From contig CANLQK010000005.1 of NCBI GenBank assembly GCA_947493255.1, positions 277,078 to 341,077 of the forward strand: a stretch of 64,000 nucleotides of DNA, read 5' to 3'. Position numbers and translations under genes: made by a program. Source of the DNA: an uncultured Rhodobacteraceae bacterium (GTDB taxonomy: Bacteria > Pseudomonadota > Alphaproteobacteria > Rhodobacterales > Rhodobacteraceae). Positions 48,073-59,051 of the stretch are shown here, one piece after another (the first letter of the stretch is position 1; each line of letters opens with the position of its first letter). Below the pieces are notes generated by a model that saw only the letters and a list, made by a program, of their open reading frames with translations, searched no databases and had not been told where the DNA came from.

Positions 48073-49280
48073 TAAACATTAACCGGGTATTGCAGTAACA
48101 AAGCGGCCAGCGCGAAGGTTGCCGCATACCCTAGCATCTGTGTTTCGAAACCGACGCCCCGATCTATCAACCAGCCTGAAACACCCGGTCCAAGCGCAGA
48201 ACCCAGAACCATTAGGGCGGTTGTTGCAGACTTGATTGAACCAAGGTGCTTGGTTCCGAAAAATTCGGCCCAACATGCATTCAGCAACGTGTTTTGACCG
48301 CCACCAGCCATACCCATCAAGATAACGGCCAAGGCTGTCCACGCCAGTGTTGGCGCGTACCAATGCAGAACAAATGCCAGAACGTATGGAATCAGATAAA
48401 ACGGAAGCAACCGAACCGCCCCTACGCGGTCGACCAACCGTCCATAGGCAAGGGTCGACAGGAACAATGTGATCGTTCCTAATGGAAACACTGACACCAG
48501 CGCCAAATGTGACCAACCTTTGATTTCAGCGAAGTGAACTTGGTGAAACCAGAATGCAGTTCCAAAGCCCGAGAATGACATGACAGCGGGGGCCATGGCC
48601 CAGAATATTGGGTGTTTCAATGCATCCAGCCGGGTCCAATGTTTCCTACCCAGACCTTTGGCTTGGTCTTGTTCCGCGACAACCTGTGGCGTTCGTTCTA
48701 AACGAAGGAGCCGGAACAACACTGGCGCCATGGCCGCACAAAAAATTGCACAGAAGATCCAGATAATGTGCCAATCGACGTAGGACTTAAGCCAGACCAT
48801 GAATAACGGTAACGTGGCTTCAGCTAACATGAACCCCATCGCGGCAATAGCTAACGCACGTCCGCGCGTTGCGATGAACCAGCGTGACATCGCTACTGAA
48901 GAAACATGGGTCGTCATGCCTTGGCCAAAAAACCGAAGGAAAAACACCACTACAGGAACCATTGCAGCGAAAGGGTTGAATGCCATTAACAAGCAAGACA
49001 TCCCCAGCATCAAGACAATCGTTATGCCGAGTCGGCGAACGCGAAACCTATCCGCCAAACCCCCAGCAAATACCATTGCAACAGCCGATGCCCCTGTCCC
49101 GACCATATAGATCAAGCCCCATTCGCCGTTGGATAAACCAAACGCCGTGCGGATTTCACCTCCAAAGATCGAAATAAAAAACGTCTGCCCGAAGCTCGAT
49201 AAAAACGACAACAGCGCCCCCGTCGCTAGGAAGGGTGCGTTGTTCCGAATGAAGTTTAGGTATCGAGTATCAGTGCTCAT
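48051..49280 (-). CDS. MFS transporter
   Basis: About 12 TM segments; GGLADRFRVR and RWFIATRGRA loop motifs. Confidence 0.85.
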   Translation of the reverse strand: MSTDTRYLNFIRNNAPFLATGALLSFLSSFGQTFFISIFGGEIRTAFGLSNGEWGLIYMVGTGASAVAMVFAGGLADRFRVRRLGITIVLMLGMSCLLMAFNPFAAMVPVVVFFLRFFGQGMTTHVSSVAMSRWFIATRGRALAIAAMGFMLAEATLPLFMVWLKSYVDWHIIWIFCAIFCAAMAPVLFRLLRLERTPQVVAEQDQAKGLGRKHWTRLDALKHPIFWAMAPAVMSFSGFGTAFWFHQVHFAEIKGWSHLALVSVFPLGTITLFLSTLAYGRLVDRVGAVRLLPFYLIPYVLAFVLHWYAPTLAWTALAVILMGMAGGGQNTLLNACWAEFFGTKHLGSIKSATTALMVLGSALGPGVSGWLIDRGVGFETQMLGYAATFALAALLLQYPVNVYQRERRK

Positions 49281-49318
49281 GTTGCCCTTAATGGCCTAAA
49301 GGCACCGACAAAACTGAC

Positions 49319-50623
49319 CTAAAGCACATAGCGGCTAATGTCTGTGGATCTGCTAAGTTCGCCCAGGTATTGTTCAACAAATCCGGCGTTGATTTCAATT
49401 TCCTCACCAGCACGATCAGGGGCGGTAAATGCAAGGTCTTCAAAAACCCGCTCAATCACCGTGTACAGTCGCCGAGCTCCGATATTCTCAACTGTTTCAT
49501 TCACATCAGCTGCGATACGTGCAAGGGCCGCAATGCCATCATCGGTGAACGTGACAGTTACGTCTTCTGTCCCCATTAGCGCAGTGTACTGTCGAGTCAA
49601 CGCATTGTCTGTTTCTGTCAAAATACGGACAAAATCTTCTTCGGTCAGCGCCCGGAGTTCGACGCGGATCGGCAGGCGGCCCTGCAGTTCGGGTAACAAG
49701 TCAGATGGTTTTGCGATGTGGAATGCGCCAGACGCAATAAACAAGATATGGTCCGTCTTTATCGATCCGTGCTTGGTGCTAACGGTGGTTCCTTCGATCA
49801 ATGGCAACAGATCGCGTTGTACGCCTTCGCGCGACACATCGGCGCCACGCGCGTCAGCGTTGCGGCAAACTTTGTCGATCTCGTCCAGAAAAACGATCCC
49901 GTTCTGCTCGACCGCTTCAACAGCTTTTTTGGTGATCGTTTCGTCATCCAATAGCTTGTCTGCCTCATCGGCGATCAAAAGATCATAGCTTTCGGCGACC
50001 GTAACTTTTTTGCGCACTGTCCGGCCGCCAAATGCCTTACCAAACATTGCGCCCAAATCCATGCCGCCAGCGCCTTGCGGTTGGCCAGGGATTTCCATTG
50101 CGCCAAGAGGGTTGGAATTATCTGCAAGCTCAAGTTCGATCACGGTTCCATCAAGCTCGCCAGACTTAAGTTTTTTACGGAACATGTCACGTGTGCCAGA
50201 CCGCGCATCCTCGCCGGCAATAGCAGAAATCACTCGCTCTTCAGCGGCTTCACGTGCTTTCTGCTTAACGTCTTCACGCATATATTCGCGGGTGTCGACG
50301 ATGGCGGATTCCACTAGGTCTCTGATGATCTGTTCTACATCACGTCCAACATATCCCACTTCAGTAAACTTGGTTGCTTCGACCTTAATGAAAGGTGCTC
50401 TAGCGAGTTTTGCCAAACGTCTTGAGATTTCGGTTTTACCGACACCGGTCGGCCCGATCATTAGGATGTTCTTCGGGTAGACTTCGTCCCGCAGGTCATC
50501 GCCTAACTGTTTACGACGCCAGCGGTTGCGGAGCGCAACGGCAACGGCCCTTTTTGCGTCGTTTTGCCCAATGATAAACCGGTCAAGCTCCGAAACGATT
50601 TCTCGGGGGGTCATGTCAGTCAT
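49319..50623 (-). CDS. hslU: ATP-dependent protease ATPase subunit HslU
   Basis: [40 protein letters not shown]. Confidence 0.97.
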   Translation of the reverse strand: MTDMTPREIVSELDRFIIGQNDAKRAVAVALRNRWRRKQLGDDLRDEVYPKNILMIGPTGVGKTEISRRLAKLARAPFIKVEATKFTEVGYVGRDVEQIIRDLVESAIVDTREYMREDVKQKAREAAEERVISAIAGEDARSGTRDMFRKKLKSGELDGTVIELELADNSNPLGAMEIPGQPQGAGGMDLGAMFGKAFGGRTVRKKVTVAESYDLLIADEADKLLDDETITKKAVEAVEQNGIVFLDEIDKVCRNADARGADVSREGVQRDLLPLIEGTTVSTKHGSIKTDHILFIASGAFHIAKPSDLLPELQGRLPIRVELRALTEEDFVRILTETDNALTRQYTALMGTEDVTVTFTDDGIAALARIAADVNETVENIGARRLYTVIERVFEDLAFTAPDRAGEEIEINAGFVEQYLGELSRSTDISRYVL

Positions 50624-51666
50624 GTTGTCTCCTGGTAAGGCGGAAGCCGGTCTTTGCCGGGGAATTCAGGAATTGAGTTCATCAAGACCACGCGCAGATT
50701 GGTCCAAAACGTACCCACGGATGTCATAAATACACCGATGATTAGCATAAAGGTTGGGATACCGAGGCCCCATTCGTCACCACGTAGCGCGACAAACAAG
50801 ATCGCTGCTACATATCCAAGCGCGGATGTAAGGAAGGACCGCCGGTCAATAACAATCGCGAAACAGGCGATTACGGCAAAGCATAACAGTGTAAGTAGAG
50901 TGCCTGCAAAACCATCTAAACGATAAAACGTTAACATGATTGTGTTTACCAGTGCCGGTGCGGCCAACAAGTGAAGCCAAAACGCGGATCGTGCAAGACG
51001 GCCAATTCGGTGAGGGTCGCGTAGATCAAACCATAAGGCTGCGATAAGCGCGAGCAGACCAAACACAAGCGTCGCAAGTCCGAACGCGCCACCCGCAATG
51101 AATGTGTCGGTACCGCCTGCCCTAAGCGAATAAACATCAGGTAGTCCGGCGCCAAAAAATGCTAGGGTCAGGATGAATCCGAACCCACCTGCAACAAACA
51201 TCGAAAAAGGCACACGGAAAAATTTGAAATGCACAAGCATGGCTATGATGCCCACCAAGCCAAAAATGATTTGGGAAACAACATCTATACCATCGCCAAG
51301 AGTGATAAGTAACAGCAGGGAAATACCCTGAGCAAAACCGCAAACCAATACGATCGACGGAAGCGTCATTCGACGCTTCAAAGTAAAATACGTGGCGGCC
51401 CACCAGCACAAAGCAATCAATGCGATCGAAAATAGTATTGCGCCGCCAGCAACGGCCGAAAATGCACCAGCTCCAGTTAAGAGAATAATCAAACCGATAG
51501 AGATGAATATTTCTGAAAACCCAGAGAATAATTCAAAGGGTTCATCGTCTGGGCGTTTTTGTGCAATTCTACCGGCGCGTTCGTGGACCAAAATTGTAAG
51601 ATTGGCGGCCTGTGTTTCTGTGATAATGCCAGCAGCAGCGGCTGCCTTGATGTCTTCGTCTTGCAT
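50620..51666 (-). CDS. Uncharacterised polytopic membrane protein inside the hslV-hslU operon
   Basis: 348 aa; short soluble N-terminus ([15 protein letters not shown]) then about 10 hydrophobic helices; its stop overlaps the hslU start. Confidence 0.85.
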   Translation of the reverse strand: MQDEDIKAAAAAGIITETQAANLTILVHERAGRIAQKRPDDEPFELFSGFSEIFISIGLIILLTGAGAFSAVAGGAILFSIALIALCWWAATYFTLKRRMTLPSIVLVCGFAQGISLLLLITLGDGIDVVSQIIFGLVGIIAMLVHFKFFRVPFSMFVAGGFGFILTLAFFGAGLPDVYSLRAGGTDTFIAGGAFGLATLVFGLLALIAALWFDLRDPHRIGRLARSAFWLHLLAAPALVNTIMLTFYRLDGFAGTLLTLLCFAVIACFAIVIDRRSFLTSALGYVAAILFVALRGDEWGLGIPTFMLIIGVFMTSVGTFWTNLRVVLMNSIPEFPGKDRLPPYQETT

Positions 51667-51684
51667 GTAACCCTCGTGCTGAAA

Positions 51685-52245
51685 TTAGCTTTTTGAAATG
51701 CTCTCGACGGTTAAGTTGCCGTTTGTGTAAACGCAAATATCTGCTGCAATAGCCATGGCACGACGCGCTATTTCTTCTGCGTCCAAATCTTGGTCCATCA
51801 AGGCCCGGCCAGCGGCCAGCGCATAATTCCCACCAGACCCAATCGCTGTTACATCAAATTCAGGCTCCAAGACATCGCCTGCTCCCGTGATGACGAACAG
51901 ATCTTTCCCGTCACTTACAATTAGCATAGCTTCCAGTTTTTGAAGGTATTTGTCAGTGCGCCAGTCTTTGGCGAGGTCGACAGAAGCACGCGCAAGCTGG
52001 CCTGGGGTCGCTTCCAATTTCTTCTCGAGCCGTTCGAGCAACGTAAACGCATCAGCAGTTGATCCAGCGAAACCGCAGACCACATCGTTTCCACCAGGTG
52101 AAAGGCGCCGTACTTTTCGTGCAGTTCCTTTCATTACCGTTTGTCCGACGGAGACTTGTCCGTCACCTGCGATAACAACTCTACCATCTTTACGAACACC
52201 AATGATGGTGGTGCCGTGCCAATCGGGAAATGTCGTTTCTGCCAT
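51685..52245 (-). CDS. hslV: ATP-dependent protease proteolytic subunit HslV
   Basis: HGTTII (catalytic Thr), [27 protein letters not shown]. Confidence 0.97.
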   Translation of the reverse strand: MAETTFPDWHGTTIIGVRKDGRVVIAGDGQVSVGQTVMKGTARKVRRLSPGGNDVVCGFAGSTADAFTLLERLEKKLEATPGQLARASVDLAKDWRTDKYLQKLEAMLIVSDGKDLFVITGAGDVLEPEFDVTAIGSGGNYALAAGRALMDQDLDAEEIARRAMAIAADICVYTNGNLTVESISKS

Positions 52246-52273
52246 GCCGTATCCTTTCGAACGTCGATAATTG

Positions 52274-52302
52274 ATATGGCGATACTGGGCGCTAGACACA
52301 AG
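52274..52302 (-). promoter_or_regulatory. RpoH-like promoter of hslV
   Basis: Minus strand CTTGTG-N15-CGCCATAT, similar to sigma32 CTTGAA-N13/15-CCCCATNT. Confidence 0.5.
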
Positions 52303-52313
52303 GTTTGCACGAA

Positions 52314-52339
52314 AAAGGGCGTCCCAAAGGACGCCCTTT
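52314..52339 (-). terminator. Intrinsic terminator after trxA
   Basis: AAAGGGCGTCC-CAAA-GGACGCCCTTT perfect stem with a T run on the minus strand. Confidence 0.85.
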
Positions 52340-52368
52340 CTCTAGATTTCGTTGTCAGCGCTATCAAA

Positions 52369-52689
52369 TTAGATGCTGTCTTCGATCCAACCCTGCAGCG
52401 CAGCCTTAGGTGCGGCGCCGGTTTTGTTTGAAACGACTTCGCCGCCTTTAAACAGAAACAATGCAGGAATGCCGCGCACGCCCATTTGAGCTGGTGAATT
52501 TGGGTTCTCATCAACGTTTACTTTGACGATTTTAACCTTTCCGTCCAATTCGGCAGACAATTCTTCTAAGGCTGGGCCGATCTGTTTGCACGGGCCACAC
52601 CATTCTGCCCAAAAATCTACAACGACAGGAATGTCGGATTGACGCACTTCGGCGTCAAAGGTTGCGTCTGTTACTGCTACGGTCGCCAT
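52369..52689 (-). CDS. trxA: Thioredoxin
   Basis: [16 protein letters not shown]. Confidence 0.97.
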   Translation of the reverse strand: MATVAVTDATFDAEVRQSDIPVVVDFWAEWCGPCKQIGPALEELSAELDGKVKIVKVNVDENPNSPAQMGVRGIPALFLFKGGEVVSNKTGAAPKAALQGWIEDSI

Positions 52690-52724
52690 TGGCTCTGCTC
52701 CTGATGGGATATCATTTGAGTGGG

Positions 52725-52753
52725 AACGTATGAGCGAGAGGGTGGCCCGTCAA
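52725..52753 (-). promoter_or_regulatory. Sigma70-like promoter of trxA; its -35 contains the addA stop codon
   Basis: Minus strand TTGACG-N17-TACGTT. Confidence 0.6.
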
Positions 52754-55700
52754 GGTGTGGTAACAGCATCGAGAGCAGCATCTATATCTGCGTCTGGAAG
52801 TTCGGTTGTGGTGCAGGTTTTTGTCCACAAAAGAACTGTGCGAATTCTGTGGTTTGGATAGATTGAACGCAAAGCGTTTCGATATGCACCCATCTGCCGA
52901 ATAAGTCCTAAGGGCGTAACACATGGTGTTGATGGAACCGTTCGGTTGGATTTGTAGTCAATTGCGATGATGTCCGTCTCTGTAACTATCAATCGGTCAA
53001 TTAATCCAAAAAGGCGCTTGTCGCCAAATGGAGCCGAAATGGGGACTTCGACCAAGGCATCTTCGAATACCCAGTTCAAACTGGGTGTGTTTAAGACCCC
53101 CAATGCTTCCGTCACAAGATCATCCAAATCATCAATCAAGCCGGAATCGGGTTGGTTCGCCGCTATCCCATGCGCCGCATCTTCGCGCTCCTCGGTTGGT
53201 AAATTGGGCAACACCTCAAGAAGGAGATGAATTAATCGCCCCCAAGCAAGGGCAAGATCGCTTTCTTCCGTATGTGTTTCGCCGTTCATGATCTTGGCGC
53301 CACCAAGACCAGAGGGCGCCAAAGTGACCGTGCGCAATGGAACTTCGGGGATGCTGTCACCGAATGCGGGCACCGGTAAAACGATGTCACCAATATCGCT
53401 AGCAGGAGATATCATTTCGCCAGAATCCCAATTCCAGCGGTTAAACCGCTTCCCAACCCCAAGATCAGTCTCAAGGTCGATCGAATCAACATGGGTCATC
53501 GTGTGGGCAATTGTGCTGTGCCAACTGTCATGGGTTTCTTTTCCAGTATCGCCAGCGGCTGCAACGATTAGCCAATTCTCTGCACGCGTTAGCGCCACAT
53601 AAAGCAATCGTCGACGTTCGCGGTCTTGTGAGTCAAGCATCTCTTCTTTGATCTCTGATAGCACGGATGGAATTACATCAGACTTCGGTTTCCAAAAGAG
53701 GCTGTTGTTTGACGTTAGAAAATCGCCGCGGACTTCACGTTTGCGGACTGTCGTATCTGGCAAAATTACGATCGGCGCTTCCAAACCTTTGGACCCATGC
53801 ACGGTCATCACGCGAATCCGGTCACCAGCAGAATCCATCTGGCGTTTAACGGTCACATCTTCTGTCTGAAGCCAGCTTAGGAAACCCGTCAGGCTTGGAA
53901 CATTGGATGACTCGTACCCTAATGCTTGGGACAATAAAGCATCAATTCCATCTTCGGCTTCATGTCCCAACCGGGCCAGTAAATTTTTGCGACCATTGTG
54001 CCGAACCAAAAGTCGGTTGATCAAATCATAGGGCCGCAAAAAGTCTGATTGGTTCCGTAGGTCTGTCAGGACTTCGACCGTATCTGGGTAATCTCCAGAT
54101 CGGCGCAACGCCTCCCAAAGTGACTGACCTTTGGGCCTTGGTTGTGCAATTTTGTATAACTGCCTCTCTGACCAACCGAATAACGGAGATTTCAGGGCCG
54201 CTGCCAAGGAAAGACTGTCGTCTTGTAAGGCCAAAAATTTCAGGACTGCTGAAATATCTTTGACCGCCAGTTCACCAGCCAACTTCAGCCTGTCAGCACC
54301 AGCGATTTCTAGGTTGGCCGCCTTGCATGCTGAAATTATTTCTCCAAACAAATCAGAACGCCGCTGAACAAGTATGAGTATGTCACCCGGCGTAATCTTG
54401 CGTCGCGCCCACGTGTCGCCGTCTTTCACCGGCAACGTATCATTCGAAATCATTCGTTTGATTTTGGACGCGATGGTACGTGCTAAAACAACTTGATGAT
54501 TGGTGTCTCCCTTTAAATCGACTGGATCATCCCAATCTCGTTCTTCAGCCTTTTTGATGGGTTCAATTGCTGGCCACAGATCGACACGACCAGGCATGTC
54601 ATCTTTGAATGCCAAATGGTCGACGCTTCGTTCTAACCCATCCGTCATTTCACCTTTGAAGACATTGTCCACAAATTGAAGAACAGCTGCCGACGACCGG
54701 AATGAATATTGTAGTTGTGTGTTCTGAAGTGGTTTTTGAACCTTCTCGAGCTCCGCCGTGAAATGATCGCGCATCCTGTCAAACCCTTCAGGGTCTGCGC
54801 CCTGAAACGAATAGATGGACTGTTTCTTGTCGCCGACGACAAAGACCGTTCGTTCACGATCAGGGTTCGCACCTTGTCCTGTCGAAAATTCTTGGGTCAG
54901 AAGGCGTACAATGTCCCATTGATCAGGTGATGTGTCTTGCGCTTCGTCGACCAAAACGTGATCAACACCACCATCTAGCCGAAATAGGACCCATTGCGCG
55001 ACGTTAGGGTCTTCCAACAACGCTTTTGCCTTGCCGATTAGGTCATCAAAATCCAGCGCGCCACGCTGAACTTTCTTGGTTTCATAGGCCTGAACGAATG
55101 GAATAGCGAACGTGTATAGCGCTTTGGTTTTTTCCATTGCGTCAAAACGGTTCAGGAAATCAAAGGCGTCCGCCGTCCGATCCATCCAAGAATGAACGTC
55201 ATCAATTATTGGCTCTAATGCCTCGACAGCTTTGGTGTGGCGCGACTGCGGCCAATTGCGCGACTTACTGGATTTGTCTGCAAATAAAAGGTGTGGCGCG
55301 ATGGCCGATAATGTTCTTAAGTTCGGCTTTTTCAGATCAACAGCCTTTAGTGCAGCTGCAGTATTTTGATACATTGGAGTGGCATTGGCGCAAGCATCAA
55401 CTATGTCGTCTACAAGTCCCTCTTCTCCACCAATAAACGCGATGTCTACGGCATCTATGCGGGTCGCAGTTTTCGAAAGCCCAAAGAACTCCATCAGTTT
55501 CTTGTCGTCGAGCGGCGATAGAAATGTCGATCTGCGAGACGTTACAGATGCAAGAAACGCATCCACATCAGCACCAGTATAATGTTCGGCAAACGCTGAA
55601 AGGGCGGCGGCGTCCGGCCCACCTGCCATCTCATCCAGAACTTCTTCTCTCAGAATCTGGGCAGCGCGATCCTCCATTTCTTTGAATTGTGGGCTAACCT

Positions 55701-56115
55701 CCGCCTCCAACGGAAACCGGCGAAGGATACCAGCGCAGAAAGAATGAATCGTTTGGATCTTTAGACCGCCCGGTGTTTCAATCGCGCTTGCAAACAATGT
55801 CCGAGCGTTTGCAATTGCATCATCATCGATGTGCAACGCGGCGCCCATGTCCTTCAGTTGGTGTCGCAGTTCTGAGCGGGGCATCATTGCCCATTCGCCG
55901 AGGCGTTTAAACAAACGGTTTTGCATCTCTGATGCAGCGGCCTTTGTGTATGTTAGGCACAAAATATTTTCTGGGCGCGTTCCGTCTAACAACAAACGTG
56001 CAACACGGTCTGTCAGAACGCGCGTTTTGCCCGATCCGGCATTCGCAGAAAGCCAAGTTGAAAGCTTTGGGTCTGCTGCCTCAATCTGACGGCGGGTAGC
56101 ATCGTTCTGGATCAT
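52750..56115 (-). CDS. addA: Double-strand break repair helicase/nuclease AddA
   Basis: ANAGSGKT, VDEAQD, VGDKKQSIY, MTVHGSKGLE, LYVALTRA, C-terminal IDRL...DYKS nuclease. Confidence 0.95.
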   Translation of the reverse strand: MIQNDATRRQIEAADPKLSTWLSANAGSGKTRVLTDRVARLLLDGTRPENILCLTYTKAAASEMQNRLFKRLGEWAMMPRSELRHQLKDMGAALHIDDDAIANARTLFASAIETPGGLKIQTIHSFCAGILRRFPLEAEVSPQFKEMEDRAAQILREEVLDEMAGGPDAAALSAFAEHYTGADVDAFLASVTSRRSTFLSPLDDKKLMEFFGLSKTATRIDAVDIAFIGGEEGLVDDIVDACANATPMYQNTAAALKAVDLKKPNLRTLSAIAPHLLFADKSSKSRNWPQSRHTKAVEALEPIIDDVHSWMDRTADAFDFLNRFDAMEKTKALYTFAIPFVQAYETKKVQRGALDFDDLIGKAKALLEDPNVAQWVLFRLDGGVDHVLVDEAQDTSPDQWDIVRLLTQEFSTGQGANPDRERTVFVVGDKKQSIYSFQGADPEGFDRMRDHFTAELEKVQKPLQNTQLQYSFRSSAAVLQFVDNVFKGEMTDGLERSVDHLAFKDDMPGRVDLWPAIEPIKKAEERDWDDPVDLKGDTNHQVVLARTIASKIKRMISNDTLPVKDGDTWARRKITPGDILILVQRRSDLFGEIISACKAANLEIAGADRLKLAGELAVKDISAVLKFLALQDDSLSLAAALKSPLFGWSERQLYKIAQPRPKGQSLWEALRRSGDYPDTVEVLTDLRNQSDFLRPYDLINRLLVRHNGRKNLLARLGHEAEDGIDALLSQALGYESSNVPSLTGFLSWLQTEDVTVKRQMDSAGDRIRVMTVHGSKGLEAPIVILPDTTVRKREVRGDFLTSNNSLFWKPKSDVIPSVLSEIKEEMLDSQDRERRRLLYVALTRAENWLIVAAAGDTGKETHDSWHSTIAHTMTHVDSIDLETDLGVGKRFNRWNWDSGEMISPASDIGDIVLPVPAFGDSIPEVPLRTVTLAPSGLGGAKIMNGETHTEESDLALAWGRLIHLLLEVLPNLPTEEREDAAHGIAANQPDSGLIDDLDDLVTEALGVLNTPSLNWVFEDALVEVPISAPFGDKRLFGLIDRLIVTETDIIAIDYKSNRTVPSTPCVTPLGLIRQMGAYRNALRSIYPNHRIRTVLLWTKTCTTTELPDADIDAALDAVTTP

Positions 56116-59051
56116 GCCATGTCCTCTGTCTGGGGTTCATGGGTTTCGTCCCATTCCCCGTACCGCGCCAAATGATCGTATGCCCCTTCGAATTTTGTCG
56201 TTTCATTGGCACTACGCGATGTGAAGCCTCTCGTCGGGTCCATCCACTTGGCAATCAACCCCTCGAAACGGTCCCAAGTCTCATCGGCAGGAGATTTTTC
56301 TAATGGTGCTTTTTGGTTGGTTAGATCGCTCCCAAGACCAATGTACACGGCGGCTTTGGTTCGGATGCGCCCCAACTTTTTGAACCCACCGCGTTCAACC
56401 ATTGCGGCCTCTAACAACAGCTGTTTGTCGAAATACAGTTGCTGCTTCTTTGTTGGCGCCTTCCCTGTCTTATAATCATAGATCAGAGCTTCACCGTCGT
56501 CAGAAATATCGATCCGGTCTGCTGTTCCTGTCAGCGTGAATGGAACAGTTTCTAACTGCAACTCTCCCATCATTTCTGTGTCGAAGTTTATTGCTGATGA
56601 CTGGCGCTTGATTTCTTCGTCCAAGAAATGTGGAACAAACCGTTCAATCCGGGCGCGCCAAAGCGCCCGAGTGGCCGGCCATGGGCATTCATCAACCAGC
56701 ACATCATCAGCTATGGCCATCAATTGCGCGCCAGCAGTGTCGGCGTTTGGATCAATCTTTGATTTGATGAACTGTTCTAGAATGCGGTGCACGATGATTC
56801 CGCGCAAGGGTGCATCGGCGGACTGCGAAACTGGATCTAATGCATTCAAATTCAGAACCTTGCGGGCGTATATCGCGTAAGGGTCGCGAATAAGAGTCTT
56901 TATCTGCGTTACCGAAAGCTTATCGGGTCGTGCATCAGTTGGCGGGCAAGGGGACGGCCTCGGCGCGGGTGGAATATTGATTTCCGGTGCAGCTATCACC
57001 TCCGCCAAATCGACCCAATGTTTCCCCCGTTTGCGCATGTCTGAAAGGCAAGCAGGCCCGCCTTGATCGGTTAAACCTCCCAACAAGTTGACGAGCCTGT
57101 TGATCCAACGGCTCGGGACGGATTCCGCCTCATCAGTTCGTACGGATCTGCTTAAGATGACATTTGGTACACAGACCGCTTGTTGGTAATCATGTGCGCT
57201 TAACCCGATACGACGTTCTGGGAGCAGCAACCCCGCTTGCATCCGTAAGGGTCGGTTCAGCCATGGATCAGGCGCAGTTGCCTCGGGCCAAGTGCCCTCG
57301 TTTAACCCTGCAAGGATAACCAGATCCGCGGATTGCACGCGCGCCTCAAGTGTCCCCCAAATCAAAACCTGCGGATGCCCCGCATCACGGTCCCGAACCT
57401 CACCACCCGCCAATAGGCTGTTGACCAATCTGCGATATTCACGCGCGGTCATAACACCGCCAGCTTCAGCGTGGCTTTGAAGTTCTGTCATAACGCGTAA
57501 CGCTTCGCGCCCAGCTTGTTTCAACCAAAGCTCACCAGTGCCTTCAGTGTCTGGGCCCGCCGCAAGTTTGTTCGAAATCGCTATGTGTTTCTCTAGATGC
57601 TCGGCCAATGACCGATCTTGATTGTCGGCTCGGCTGGAAAGGGTCTCTCCGACCCATGCGGCCCATGCCACGCGATCAGGGGTCTTTTCGGCAGTCTTTC
57701 CGGCCCAATCCAATAGATCGTCTTGTGTCGGAAATGGCGGGCCATAGCGGCGCAGCTGCAGTTCCAACGCATTTGTGTGTAAGGCGTGGTTGGTATCCTT
57801 ACTAGGTGAATGCGCAAGCGGGTGGCGCAACAAAACAAGTAAATTTTCCGCGCTCAACGTTTCGCACATCACATCTGCCGTATGTCGCAAAAATCGTCCT
57901 GGTGCAGACAATTGTAGCGGCTGTCCAGCGCTATCATCCGGCGTTATATCCCAACGATCCAACGCTGCCGTCACTTGACGGGTCAACATTCGGTCTGGCG
58001 AAATCAGCGCGGCCGTCTGTCCGTCTTCGACAGCTTGGCGCAAACGAACAGCAATCGCTTCCGCTTCAGATCTCGGTGTTGGCGCCTCGATTAATGAAAT
58101 TCCCCGCGTTGCGTTGGGCAAATCGGCCAAAGAAGGACCATCATTGATCCATTGGTGCGTGACTGGTGCCGGCCGCAACGACAAAGAGATCAACTTGTTT
58201 CGGTACGTGTTTAGGTTTTCGTCTGCGCTCCAACAATTCACACTATTTGGAGTTATGCCCAATGCTGCACACAGAGCTTTAAACCTAAACTGCGGATGAT
58301 CCTCAGCACCTTTTTCAGGGTCAAGCATTGCCCAAATCTCTTGGGGCATTTCTCGATCAAAACCAGGTAAAATGATAGCGCCTTGTGGCAGCTTTGCGAC
58401 CGCTTGCATGAACAACGATGTTGCGCCACGCGATCCGGTAGAGCCCGCGACGATAATAGGATTTTTCGGGGGCGTATCGGCCCAACGACGAACCAACTGT
58501 TCAATTACCAATCGCTGGCGACCTTCCGCATCCAGTTGATCGTTCTCGAAAAATTTTTGTACCAGCTGGATGAACGTCAACGCACGTTCCCAATGACCGG
58601 ATTGGTCGGTAACATTCAGGTTCTTAATTACGTCGGGCGGAACGCCTTCACCCTGCATTTCACTCATCAAGGAAACAAGGCTATCGGCTAAGTCAAAGGC
58701 GGAATCTTGTGACGCAAGCGAATGGTCCGCCTCGATGAGTCCTTTCACCAACTGCGCAACCTCGAGCCGGCGACGCAGTGGTGCGATTGCGGGTGGTATC
58801 GATTCTACCAACGCGTCTTGTGCCAGATCTGTAACCAACCGAATCCGTGGCAACAATAAAGCATCACCAGTGTGAAACAGGTCGGTCAAACGGCGTGCCA
58901 TGCGGCGTGTGTTCACATAGATGTCGACCTTCGCTACGTCGGTCGGCGCCATTTTAGCAAACCGTTCTTGTAACCCACCGTAAAGCGAGGTGGAAAAATC
59001 CTGCCCTAGCGAAACGCCAAAAACCCGCGCATCCTCTTGTGGATCAAACAC
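56112..59051 (-). CDS. addB: Double-strand break repair protein AddB
   Basis: Alphaproteobacterial AddB pattern; RDPYAIYAR, GTADRID, DYKTG nuclease motifs. Confidence 0.93.
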   Translation of the reverse strand: MFDPQEDARVFGVSLGQDFSTSLYGGLQERFAKMAPTDVAKVDIYVNTRRMARRLTDLFHTGDALLLPRIRLVTDLAQDALVESIPPAIAPLRRRLEVAQLVKGLIEADHSLASQDSAFDLADSLVSLMSEMQGEGVPPDVIKNLNVTDQSGHWERALTFIQLVQKFFENDQLDAEGRQRLVIEQLVRRWADTPPKNPIIVAGSTGSRGATSLFMQAVAKLPQGAIILPGFDREMPQEIWAMLDPEKGAEDHPQFRFKALCAALGITPNSVNCWSADENLNTYRNKLISLSLRPAPVTHQWINDGPSLADLPNATRGISLIEAPTPRSEAEAIAVRLRQAVEDGQTAALISPDRMLTRQVTAALDRWDITPDDSAGQPLQLSAPGRFLRHTADVMCETLSAENLLVLLRHPLAHSPSKDTNHALHTNALELQLRRYGPPFPTQDDLLDWAGKTAEKTPDRVAWAAWVGETLSSRADNQDRSLAEHLEKHIAISNKLAAGPDTEGTGELWLKQAGREALRVMTELQSHAEAGGVMTAREYRRLVNSLLAGGEVRDRDAGHPQVLIWGTLEARVQSADLVILAGLNEGTWPEATAPDPWLNRPLRMQAGLLLPERRIGLSAHDYQQAVCVPNVILSRSVRTDEAESVPSRWINRLVNLLGGLTDQGGPACLSDMRKRGKHWVDLAEVIAAPEINIPPAPRPSPCPPTDARPDKLSVTQIKTLIRDPYAIYARKVLNLNALDPVSQSADAPLRGIIVHRILEQFIKSKIDPNADTAGAQLMAIADDVLVDECPWPATRALWRARIERFVPHFLDEEIKRQSSAINFDTEMMGELQLETVPFTLTGTADRIDISDDGEALIYDYKTGKAPTKKQQLYFDKQLLLEAAMVERGGFKKLGRIRTKAAVYIGLGSDLTNQKAPLEKSPADETWDRFEGLIAKWMDPTRGFTSRSANETTKFEGAYDHLARYGEWDETHEPQTEDMA

